From Eledone cirrhosa (Eukaryota): 64,000 bases of DNA. Made by a program: the position numbers and the translations under genes. Under the pieces are notes generated by a model. The model was not told the origin of the DNA, did no database searches, and saw only the letters and a list, made by a program, of their open reading frames with translations. This document shows, one piece after another, positions 53,502 to 64,000 of this stretch. The stretch's first letter is position 1, and every line of letters begins with the position of its first letter. The stretch spans positions 317,874,001 through 317,938,000 of the forward strand of contig OZ024741.1 of assembly GCA_964016885.1 (NCBI GenBank), read 5' to 3'.

Positions 53502-54694
53502 GTGATATTTTGTCTAAAGCCCTTCGGTGCTCACTGAATTTAGCTTTAGGGATGGAAAGGCATACGGTACGAAAAAAGCGCCGCATTTTTAACTGGAAGA
53601 ATATGTGTGACCGATAGCACTAACACAGCGTGATTCATGATAAAGGTGTATACGGAGCCGTATACAATATGACTATGTATAATAAATGTATTTGATTGGT
53701 TTTGTTAATTTCATTTCATCGTTGTATTACAGATATGAGTATGAAATTGGAATTTTAAGACGAGTTTGTGTTTCTTATTCATTGTATAATTGTTATTCAA
53801 TCATCATTTAGTTATATCTATCTCCGAACCCCAGCGGGTGCTTTTCTATAAATTTACCTAATATACATTTCTTGCCGTAATAATACTAATTTTCTTGTGC
53901 TTTTATAAAACTATTATTGGTTCTCATAGGTATTGGATGTATTGGAGGGTGGTGGGAAATAGTTATTTTCTTTTATTCAGTATGAAAGAGTCAGTTTAAC
54001 AATTTAAACTTTCAGTCGATGTCACAACAGTAATTACATCAAGCGGGTTATCATAAAATCAAAATAGTTTTTGGTGGGGACTCTTCTAGTTGTAAATTTA
54101 TTAAATAAATGGCTGAGACAGTGTTGATTTTTTGGTAGTGCTATTAACAGCAATGATGGTAGTGGTAGTAGTGGTGGTGATGGTCATTAACAGTACTGGT
54201 TGTAGTAGTAGAGGTAGTGGTGGGGGTAATGGACATATTAATAGTTATGGTTGTCGTAGTGGTGGTGATGATGTTAGACAATAATAATGGTTGTAGTAGT
54301 AGTAGTAGTGGTTTTAATGTTAGTAGTAAGCCGATGTATAGCTAGATGTTAGCAATATTTTAGTATTAGTGGTGGTAATGGTAGTAGTTTTTGTGTTAGT
54401 CGTAGGCTACGGTAGTAATAGTAGTAGTGGTGGTGGTGGGGGTAATCGTGATGATAATAGTCGTAATAATGGTGATGGTAGTAGTAGTAGTGGTGGTAAT
54501 GAAGTAGGCCGCAGTAAGATCGTCACTGTTAGTAGTAGTCGTAGTTTTAGTTGTTCGTTATTGACAGTAGCGATTGTTAGTGGTAGTAGTAGTTGTAGTA
54601 GCAATAGTGTTAATAGTAGTGATAGTGGTAATGAAGTAGGCCGCCGCAGCATCGTTTCTTTAGTAGTAATAGTAGTAGCGAGTGTTGGTGGTAG

Positions 54695-54846
54695 TAATAA
54701 TTGTTTCTACTTTAGGCACAAGGCCAGTAACACCTAGTGCATTACTGGTACTTTATTTTATTGACCTCGTAAGGGTCGATAAAATAAAGTACCAGTAATG
54801 CACTGGGTAATTGCTAGCCTTGTGCCAAACGTAGAAACAATTATTA
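54695..54846. repeat. Head-to-head pair of Nin-SINE 3' ends (also at 34448-34575)
   Basis: ...ctttattttattgacc-tcgtaa-gggtcgataaaataaag... Confidence 0.8.
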
Positions 54847-55916
54847 GCACCACCAACACTCAATGGTTTTTGATTTAGGCGCAAGGCCAACAATTTGTGG
54901 GGGTGGGGGTCGATTAAATCGCACCAGTGTGTTACTGGTACTTTCTTTTATTGACCTATTGGTGGTGGTAATAATAATGTTAGTAATAGTAGTGACTGTT
55001 GGTGGTTGTAGTAGTAGTCGTAGTAATTGTAGCTATGGTGGTGGTAATGACGGTAGTAGTCGTGGTGGTGGTAATAAAGGAGGTAGTAGTAATAGTTATT
55101 GTTGGAGGTGGTAGTAGTCGTAGTTATTGTTGGTGGTGGTAGTGGCGGTAGTAGTAGTAGTGGTGATTGTTGATGGTGGGGGTAGTAGTAATTGTTGGTA
55201 GTGGTAGTAGTAGTAGTAGCAGCAGCAGCAGTAATTGGTGGTGGTGGTGGTAGTAGTAGTAATGATTGTTGATGGTAGTAGTAGCAGTAGAAGTAGTTGG
55301 TGGTAGTAGTAGTAACAGTAATTGTTGTTGTTGGTGGTAGTGGTAGTAGTAGCAGTAATTGTTGGTGGCAGTAGTAGTTTTAATGTTTAGTACATTGCTG
55401 CAACATCGTCGATGTAAGTAGTAATAGTAGTAGTGGTGGTGGTAATTGTAAGTCTACCGGTAAGAAATTTTTGTTGTGGTGTTATTACTGTTGTTGTGGT
55501 GCTATTACTGTTGTTGTTGTTGTTGTGGTGGTGGCGTTGGGGTTATTACTATTGTAGTGGGGGTATTGCTGTTGTTGTGGTGGTATTACTGTTGTGCTGT
55601 TGTGGAGGTGGTGGCGGGGTTACTACAGTTGTGGTGGTGGTATATTACTGTTGTTGCGATAGAAGATCTACTTCAATGTTGTGGCGGTGGGGTTACTACG
55701 ATTGTACTGGTGTATTACTGTTGTTGTGGTAGTTGTGGTGATAGAGGCTCCACTTCAGTGTTGTGGCGATGGTGAGGTTACTACAGTTGTGATGGGGGTG
55801 GCGGTGGAGCTATTACAGTTGTGGTGGAGGGGAACCTAATTTGTTGTTGATGATGAATAGTAGTCATAGTTGCATTGTTGATAATGGTAGTAGTAGTAGT
55901 GGTGGTGATGGTAGTA

Positions 55917-56095
55917 ATAATTGTTTCCACTTTTGGCACAAGGCCATCAATTACCCAGTACATTACTGGTACTTTATTTTATCGACCCCGTAAGGATGAA
56001 AGGCAAAGTTAACCTCGGCGGGATTTGAACTCAGACCGTAAAGGGACGTAACTATGCTGGAAAGCATGGCGTCCGACCCTCTACCGATACTGCCA
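55917..56095 (-). mobile_element. Nin-domain SINE (partial copies also at 49805-49915 and 51745-51890)
   Basis: Reverse complement of the 6257 family. Confidence 0.85.
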
Positions 56096-58224
56096 TGGTA
56101 GTAATAATGGTGGTAGAGGAGTAGTGGCGGTAGTAATGGTGATGGTGCTAAATTTTGCAACCTTTTTGTTGTTTTGTTGCATTTGCTTTGTTTATAAGGT
56201 ACATGTAGATTGTTGACAAACTAATGATGTCAGATATATATCTATATATGTATGTGTAGCTATATTATACCACACAAGCTTAAGCCATTTCAATATACTC
56301 CCATTTCTAATATTATGGGGAAATGTAGCTTTATATATACTAATAAAAAGAACGATTTGTTAGGTCTTTATTACATTTATTGAGTAGTCGCGTGCGTTTC
56401 GCGATTGATCAGCTCAAGGTTCAATATATATCGATCTGGCCCAACTCTGGAATCAAAAGCTTGTTGGACTTCTGTTATGGTACTATTCATATCAGTATCA
56501 TCAACGTTTAACATCCATTTTTCCATGCTAGCATGCATGGGTTAGACAAGTTTTCCCGCTGTAAGACAACTCAGATCAGATGGTTGTGTCTTGCTCATAT
56601 CGAACTGTTTCTGGCTTGGTTTCTACAGCTGAATGTCCTTCTTAACGTCAACCACAGAATGAAAGTGATTGTGTTAGAGCCAGTGATAAATGTGAAGTGA
56701 ATGGATTGAGATGATTGGGTCATGTGTTGAGAAAGTATGAAAGTGACTGGGTGAGAGGAAGGTGAAGATCAAAAAAGATGTGGCTGAAGATAACAGAGAA
56801 GGAAATGAAAGTCAGGAGTTAGAGATGGGTGCACAGGATATGGCAAAATAGAGAAGCTTATCATGGGGCCTACAAGGTTAACTTGAGCTTTAGCAGGGAA
56901 AATGACCTTAAAGTGTTTTTGCTGAAAAGCTTTACAGCAAACACCTGCATTTGGAACTTTTTTCCAGCTGTCAACTAAGATATATTAATAATCTCAGTGC
57001 TGGTGCCATTAAAAAATGCACCCAATCCACTCTGTAAAATGATAATGGTACCACACTAAAATACACCCAGTATATAGTGTAGAAACCATTCCAAGGTGAA
57101 ACATATGCGGAAGATGTGGTCATCTGACCTGCCAAGTCTCAGAATATGACAACTCCTCCAACCCATGCTGGCATGGAAAATGTGTAAAATTATGATGATG
57201 ATGATTTGAGGACACTTGTTATTGGTGAAGATTATTCCTTTCTTGAATAACTATTAGAATATTGGTGACAATTATTTCTTCATTAAATAACTTTTTAATA
57301 GCTATTTCAATGCATCTCCCTCGCTATCCTCTGGAGTAATGCTTTCTCTATTCTGTTCACTGGGTCCACATAACGGCTTACACCTGTGGTTCTCTATGCA
57401 AGAGAGCATTCTGCCACACTGTCTGATCTCATATCATTGGGGTAGTGATGATTGAATATTCTTTCTCATGGTTTTTTCAATTACCTATACCTATAGTAAA
57501 CTGTTATTACCCTTATGGGGTGCTGTAATCATTGTTTGTTTTATATTTTTCTTGTGATAAAAACATTTCCAAACAAGTGTATTTAAACTTTTGGGGGGAA
57601 TTATTCCTCTTTTTTTTTAATAACTTAGAATACATGAATAATTTTACCCCATGAAAAAACTACCAGAAACTGCCCCTTATTCTATAATATGAAACTGTTT
57701 ATTATAAAATGTTTATATTTAGTTTTGATTTTTTTTTTTTTCTTTTAGAAATATAATGATGAAAGGGTGCATTTTATTTTAGAAATATTAAGTTACTAAA
57801 ATTGCTGTTTTTTTTTTCTTTTTTGTTTCAGATATATATATCGACTGACTTTTGGATGTAAAAACTCTGGTTGTCTTGGAGAAATAAGCAAATATTTCTA
57901 AAGAAATAATGCAGCTTACCATTAAAAAATCACTTCTTATCAATGAGTGGACGTGGATTTCAAAATTTGGAAATTGTCTTTGAGAAGTTGCAGTTGTTAG
58001 TAAAAAACTGCAAAATAAAAGGAAAAGCCCCTCTAAAACTTTACATCACACACTCTTATAATAATGTTGAGTTCTCTTTCCTAACCTACAAAGACAGTAT
58101 ATTTGTAGTCTTGAATAACATGGCTGCAGTCTAATGACTGAAAGCTGTAAAAAGAATAGGTGCAGCATTTAAATAAGTATTGTTAACTCCAAGGGACTGC
58201 ACTGTGTTTAATTTTGAGCTTACT

Positions 58225-60042
58225 ATGTATTCAGTCCAGAATGTATATCATCAAGTTGGAAATCAGTACTTTGAGAATTATCCCCTTTGTCACAACAACA
58301 ACAACAACAGTAGCAGCAATGAAGATCCAATAAATAACAAAATAACAGCCAGTACATCAGTGACTGCTCCTTCATTTGTTGACCATACTACTTCTCTTGT
58401 GAAGAATGATATTCATGGAGGCAACCGATTCCACACAAGTTTGCCTATAGAAAACAAGAGACCATTTAAATGCAACATCTGCAGGAAAGGGTTTTCACGG
58501 AAGGCTAATTTGAACAACCATGAAAAGGCCCCAAGCGATGAAACTCATTTTACATGTGATTTTTGTATGAAGGCTTTCTCACAGCGTGCTGAGTTACGAA
58601 GTCATGAACTGATACATAAGGGGATCAAATCTTTGGAGTGTCCCTATTGTGGCAGACGTTTCACTCACCAAGCCACTCTGATTAACCACACCCGAACCCA
58701 TACAGGAGAACGACCGTACAAATGTGTTGTGTGTGAGCGTTGTTTTACGCATCAAAGTACACTGCGTAATCATATGCGCACACACACTGGTGAGAGGCCG
58801 TTTGTTTGCGTTATTTGTCTCCGAACATTTTCACATCGAAGTACACTCATTAACCACGAAAAAGTACACACAGGAGAGAAGGCCTACCAGTGTTCAATTT
58901 GTTCTAAGTTGTTTGCACACAAAACAACTCTCAAGAACCACGAACAAATACATACGGGTATTAAACGACACAAGTGTGATGTGTGCCATAAATTGTTTAC
59001 CCATAAAAGTACTCTACGCAATCATTTACACACACATTCTGGTGAAAAACTCTTCAAATGCTTAGTTTGTATGAAACCCTTTGCTCATAAAAGCACACTT
59101 CGGAATCACCAACAAACACATTTGGCTGCGGGTATGCGTCGCACATTTGCAAAAAAAGTGAAACCTTATAACTGTGGCTTCTGTAACAAAGGCTTCTTGT
59201 TGGAAAGTACTCTACGCCACCACGAACAAACTCACCTTCACAATCCAGCTACTGAAGCTCCACCAGGTGTTCATCAACCAACAGCAATGATGTCCAGTAC
59301 ACCAGTTAATCAGCATAACCATCCAAATGCTGACAGAGAAACTAATTCTGATCGGATGTCACAACATCAACAACAACAACAGCATCAACAGCAGCAGCAA
59401 CATCAACAGCAGCAGCAACATCAACCACAAGCACATCAAGCACACCAACCACAAGCACACCAACCACAAGCACATCAATCACAAGCACACCAGCCACCAC
59501 CACATCAACCACCACAACATCAGCCACCACAACATCAGCCACCACCACAACAGCCACCACCACAACAACAACAACAACAAGTACCACGACACCAAGTACA
59601 AGAACAACAATCTTCAGTACCGGTTGATAATAAAGTGAATAATAAGGCTTTTGCCTGTGGTGTGTGTGGCAAGCTTTTCTCTCAGCAGAGACAAATGCTT
59701 AATCACGAGCAAACACATTCAGCACATGTACAGAGGGATGGATCGAAAATGATGCGCAACAGTGACAAATTGTTTCAGTGTGGTGTTTGCATGCGAGTAT
59801 TTGCACATCAAAGCACGTTGCGTAATCACAGCCGCATACACACAGGCGAGAAGCCATATCAGTGTCGCTACTGTATCCGGGCTTTTGCACATCAGAGTAC
59901 ACTACGTAACCATGAACGTATACACACTGGGGAACGGCCCTTCACTTGTGAAATATGTCATCGCTGTTTCTCTCATCAGACAACACTCAATAATCATAAA
60001 CGAACTCATAAAAATGAATCTATTTCTCTCTGCCAGTTGTAG
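58225..60042 (+). CDS. C2H2 zinc-finger protein, ~605 aa, 13 fingers in two clusters separated by a Q/H/P-rich linker
   Basis: First ATG of the 58180 ORF; 12 canonical fingers + 1 degenerate; TGE(R/K)P linkers; strong acceptor (T)n-gtttcag at 57831. Confidence 0.93.
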   Translation: MYSVQNVYHQVGNQYFENYPLCHNNNNNSSSNEDPINNKITASTSVTAPSFVDHTTSLVKNDIHGGNRFHTSLPIENKRPFKCNICRKGFSRKANLNNHEKAPSDETHFTCDFCMKAFSQRAELRSHELIHKGIKSLECPYCGRRFTHQATLINHTRTHTGERPYKCVVCERCFTHQSTLRNHMRTHTGERPFVCVICLRTFSHRSTLINHEKVHTGEKAYQCSICSKLFAHKTTLKNHEQIHTGIKRHKCDVCHKLFTHKSTLRNHLHTHSGEKLFKCLVCMKPFAHKSTLRNHQQTHLAAGMRRTFAKKVKPYNCGFCNKGFLLESTLRHHEQTHLHNPATEAPPGVHQPTAMMSSTPVNQHNHPNADRETNSDRMSQHQQQQQHQQQQQHQQQQQHQPQAHQAHQPQAHQPQAHQSQAHQPPPHQPPQHQPPQHQPPPQQPPPQQQQQQVPRHQVQEQQSSVPVDNKVNNKAFACGVCGKLFSQQRQMLNHEQTHSAHVQRDGSKMMRNSDKLFQCGVCMRVFAHQSTLRNHSRIHTGEKPYQCRYCIRAFAHQSTLRNHERIHTGERPFTCEICHRCFSHQTTLNNHKRTHKNESISLCQL

Positions 60043-60048
60043 ACTGCT

Positions 60049-60155
60049 GGCTGGGCTGTGTGGTGGGGAACAGTGACTCTGAACAGGGCTAGGCTGGACT
60101 GGGCTGTGTGGTGAGGAACAGGGAGTCTGAACAGGGCTGGGCTGGGCTGTTTGGT
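60049..60155. repeat. ~48-bp tandem repeat (x2.4) just after the ZNF stop
   Basis: ctgggctgtgtggtg.ggaacag.ga.tctgaacagggct. Confidence 0.8.
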
Positions 60156-60765
60156 GGTGGTGGATATTAATGTTGTGAAGTAATGGGTGTGTGTTTTGTC
60201 ACATAAAACAGATCTGAGTGTTTGATACAGACACTTTGATAGTTCAATCTCAGATCTCGGTTAGTCTTTCAGTTTTCTTGATCATTTCTTATGTGTCCCC
60301 ACATTCTCAATTTCCATTCCATCTCTCTCTTTCTTAGTCACTTTCTCATTCTATCTCTCTCTCACTGCCCTTTCTCTCATTTTATCTCTATCTCACCCTC
60401 TCTCTCTCGTTTAGTACCCCTCTTATTCCTTGCTGGAACAAGAATAAATAGATTTTTAAAGTTTTTGGTTTAAAACTTAAAAAAAAAAATTGACCATTTA
60501 TTTATTACTACAATTTAAATATGTGTTTATATGTATATATATGTGTGTGTGTGTGATATATATTTACATGTCATATATGTTTTATAACTCAATTTGTATG
60601 TAGAGAGTTATATATGAGATTATATAATTGCCAAATATTTTCTGAGTGAGCTCAATGTATTTATGCAATATTGGTTGGTAGAATAAAAAATCTTTAATAA
60701 AGAAAAAGGCATAGAGCATATATAAGCAAATAGAAAGATGGAGTCGAAATTCTACATTAGTTTAA

Positions 60766-60894
60766 TGCTTTACATATGTTTCAAGTGATATAATCATTAC
60801 ACATTTAGTTACAAATAGGATCTTACAAGTAATTTGTGAGTAAAAAAAATAGAAAATCATAAAAGAATGTTATATCACATCATCCTCAGAAGTA
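60766..60894 (-). ncRNA. Hammerhead-like motif with long stem II loop
   Basis: CTT-CTGAGGA-TGATGTGATA...TATCACTT-GAAAC-ATAT-GTA-AAG. Confidence 0.5.
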
Positions 60895-60936
60895 GTTTAA
60901 AATAAAGTAAATATTACAAATATAGATTTGTCATAA

Positions 60937-60969
<33 letters not shown>

Positions 60970-61247
60970 TGTTCTGTGATATAATACACACACACACACA
61001 TATATGATTTGTGTTTATATTTATTTTCACGTTTTATATCCTTTGCATTTTTATTTTTTACAAAGAAAGGAACTTTTGTTTTCTGCTTGTTTTTGATTTC
61101 AAATTATATAAAACTAGGTTTGCTATCAACCTGGTTTATTTTTAAATATTTCTGTATTTATTTTTTAAAAATTCCATGAAATGTTTGGTATTATCTTTAT
61201 CATATTTCTTGAACACCCAAATATTCCCAATTTCATTGAGAGTTTAA

Positions 61248-61448
61248 CCCTTTAGCATCTATAATATTCTATATTTACTATTGTATTTTTACAGTAAAGG
61301 CTTTATCTCACATAATATCAAATCTATGAGATTTTTATATTATTTATATTGAAAACAATACCTTAACATCAGTATGAGTGGCCGGTTACAGCTGGTTTGA
61401 ACAAAAAGAGAATTCTGGCCAGATACAGCCGGTTTAAATGCTAAAGGG
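61248..61448. mobile_element. piggyBac-type MITE
   Basis: TTAA-CCCTTTAGCAT ... ATGCTAAAGGG-TTAA. Confidence 0.8.
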
Positions 61449-61774
61449 TTAAAATGTGATAATTCTATATCAATTGATCCAGCTAGGTAAAAAATTTTGG
61501 AAGGTTGTGAATAGGGAGAGTTATTAGAGAATTTAATTAAATTTCTTGTAATAATGTACTTGTTCTAGCCCTCTGCACTCTGAGTTCAAATCTCACCTTG
61601 GTCAACTTTACCTTTCATCTTTTTAGGCATTTGATAAATAAAGTACCAGTTGAGGGGCAGTGGATTGTTAGAATAGTTAAGGAAGTGGTATTTGATCTAG
61701 GTCTGTGTATTCTGAGTTCAAATCCCACAACTTGTTATCAGAAAATCAGTTGTGCTGCTATTAGGAGTTGTGAC

Positions 61775-61970
61775 CAGCAAATAGTATACCTCTTTCTCAG
61801 CAGTCTTGCCTCTTGTGGGAAGTAATTGATTTAAAAGACTTACAGATAGTATACCTCTTCCCTGACAGGCTGACCTCTAGTGGGAAGTAATTGGTCTAAA
61901 AGACCAACAGATAGTAACGTATAACCCTTCCCCCAACAAGCTGGTCTCTCATGAGAAGTAATTGGCCTAA
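61775..61970. repeat. ~65-bp tandem repeat x3
   Basis: cagatagtatacctctt...gggaagtaattggtctaaaagac. Confidence 0.75.
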
Positions 61971-62517
61971 AAAAAGTTATCATAAACATTCTAAAATACC
62001 AATTAAAATAATTTCATGACATTTCAAACCCATCTGTAAGTGGATATAATGACTAAAAGGAGGTAAAATCACTTAGCTCATGTGCAATCCATTTGAGGTA
62101 TTAAAAATAAAACCTCCTAAAGAATCAATCCATTTTATTGCAATTCTAAATTCACTGAGGGATAGGGTGGGGGTAATATATCTTCCACATTTTAGTTAAA
62201 AATTCTAGATACCATTGACAATAGATCTCCTTTAGATGTGAAAGTGCCTTTGGTTCTATGATATAAATAGTTTAATATGTTTATAAAGAGTGTCCATCAT
62301 AATTTAATGTAAGACCATTTGTTTTCCAAACACCTGATAAGTAATGAGAAAGTTAGTTATATTGCTAAATCCTTCCAAATTCTTGATTTTTTTCAAAATT
62401 ATTTCGAATTCTTAGGCTGTGTCCTTCATTAGAAATATGGTAATGGAAGGATTAAAGAAAATGAAAATATTTTATACAATTAATTAAATTCATTGTGTAT
62501 ATATATGTTAGGGTTCA

Positions 62518-62550
<33 letters not shown>

Positions 62551-62551
62551 G

Positions 62552-62741
62552 TGTTTAATATAGAAATGGCTTCTATAGGACTAGAACTATTTCATTCAAA
62601 GGAAATCATCAGGACTTTCCTGATGATTTCCTTTGAATGAAACAGTTCTAGTCCTATAGAAGCCATTTCTATATTAAACATTATATACTCTATGTATTGA
62701 GTACCTTACTTACTGTGGTTACCCCTGATTGAACCCAGGAT
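62552..62741. mobile_element. PLE 3' end with a ~63-bp-arm fold-back centred at 62616
   Basis: ggaaatcatcagga-ctt-tcctgatgatttcc; CTGATGA..GAAAC core in each arm. Confidence 0.8.
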
Positions 62742-64000
62742 ACACACGCATCCAAGGACCGACAAAGGAACCATAACGTCTATATACACAATGAATTCAA
62801 TTAATCGTATAATATAATATATATATGGTGATTTGGCAGAGTTGTTAGAATGTTGGAATGCTTTGCAGTATTCATTTCAGCTCTTGGCACTCTGAGTTTA
62901 AATTTTGCTTAGGTCAATTATGCCTTTCATCCTTTCCAGGTTGATAAAAAAAAATATCAGTCCAACTTTGAATCAGTTCTTCCTCTATATTTCTTTCACA
63001 CCTCCTCTCTATTACTCTCTCCTTCTCTGAAAGAAATTGGCTATGTTCAGACTTGTTAAGGGATGAGCTCTGACAGGTTTTAAATGCCCAATGTCATGCC
63101 AGTGCCCCTACAACCCCGTTCACATATATACACATATACATCACATATAACAAAAAAATATTTTTTCTTTGATAGCAAGGCCCTCATGCTTATTATATAT
63201 AAACATATGGTATATGCTTTCATATACACCCCTATTATATTTAATGCTATTTTAGCACTACTGATATAACAGCTCTGCATGAAACCCATTGCATTGAGCT
63301 TCTAACCATCTGGTAAAGCAGTTTTAATACACCATTTAATAATATTATTACTATTATATATATATATATATAAGAAAAGTTAACAATTAAAAACAACTCA
63401 GGAGAACAATACAGTAATGCTATATTGATAATTGGAAAAGAATAATGCTTTGGACACTAGTCCTTCATTGGAAGATAGAATGAGAGAGAAGAGAGGATGT
63501 TTAGGAGAATTAAAAAGAAAGGAGCAACCATGTGTAGTTGGTAGGTTAGTGGATCAGCCTTAATGCTATTAGAACAAGTGGGCTAGAGATCCAAGCATGT
63601 TTGAATGATTGATGGCATAAACACAGGAACTGAGTAAAAATATTGTATCTCTTTATTAATGATATTCCATATGATCATTTCATTGTTGCACAGTAGGGTC
63701 AACGATATTAACCCTTTACTCTATATTTACTATTGTATTTTAACCATTAGGTCATGCACCATCATAAATAAGAATCAGTTATGACAATTTTGTTAAATAT
63801 AATCATTAAAAATTTATAATTAAATAAGCTTGAAATAAGGAAACTACAAAGAATGAGCAAAATAGACAAGAATAAAAATCAAAAGTAAAAATATAAACAA
63901 GTAAATGGTCATATGATGTATATGGATGGTAATTGGTGGGTAAAAACAAATGCCAGGAGTTCCATGTGAAAGGAAGACATGGGCAGATCTGAAAACGCTG

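Noticed and set aside
59327-59638. Overlapping N/H-rich and antisense V-rich ORFs in the ZNF gene
   Set aside because: Shadow frames of the CAA/CAG/CCA-rich linker.
60025-60042. CaaX prenylation motif at the ZNF C-terminus
   Set aside because: Ends CQL*; the cysteine is third from the end, not fourth.

Overview
Eukaryotic, AT-rich, repeat-saturated DNA. The combination of Nin- and CORE-domain tRNA-SINEs, RTE LINEs with (GAT)n tails and long (TA)n tracts points to an octopod cephalopod; this is an inference. There are two host genes in divergent orientation. (1) A spliced minus-strand, divergent FEM1-like ankyrin/VHL-box gene (CDS 29610-29514 + 27410-27390 + 19128-17498, with probable non-coding exons up to about 40.9 kb). 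(2) A plus-strand C2H2 zinc-finger gene with one coding exon (58225-60042). Most of the rest is retroelement debris nested in (TA)n: at least three RTE subfamilies with a PHD finger inside the RT, SINEs built from RTE parts, Penelope-like (PLE) 3' ends with minimal hammerhead ribozymes, a CRE-like fragment and several MITEs. Most notable observations: a covarying H-type pseudoknot module that occurs in a LINE 5'UTR, LINE 3'UTRs, SINE bodies and minisatellites; the PHD-in-RT architecture; recurrent head-to-head 'twin 3' end' palindromes, often folding back just 5' of a hammerhead core; and a zinc-finger array in which 9 fingers share one DNA-contact fingerprint. Repeat boundaries were read by eye and are approximate.
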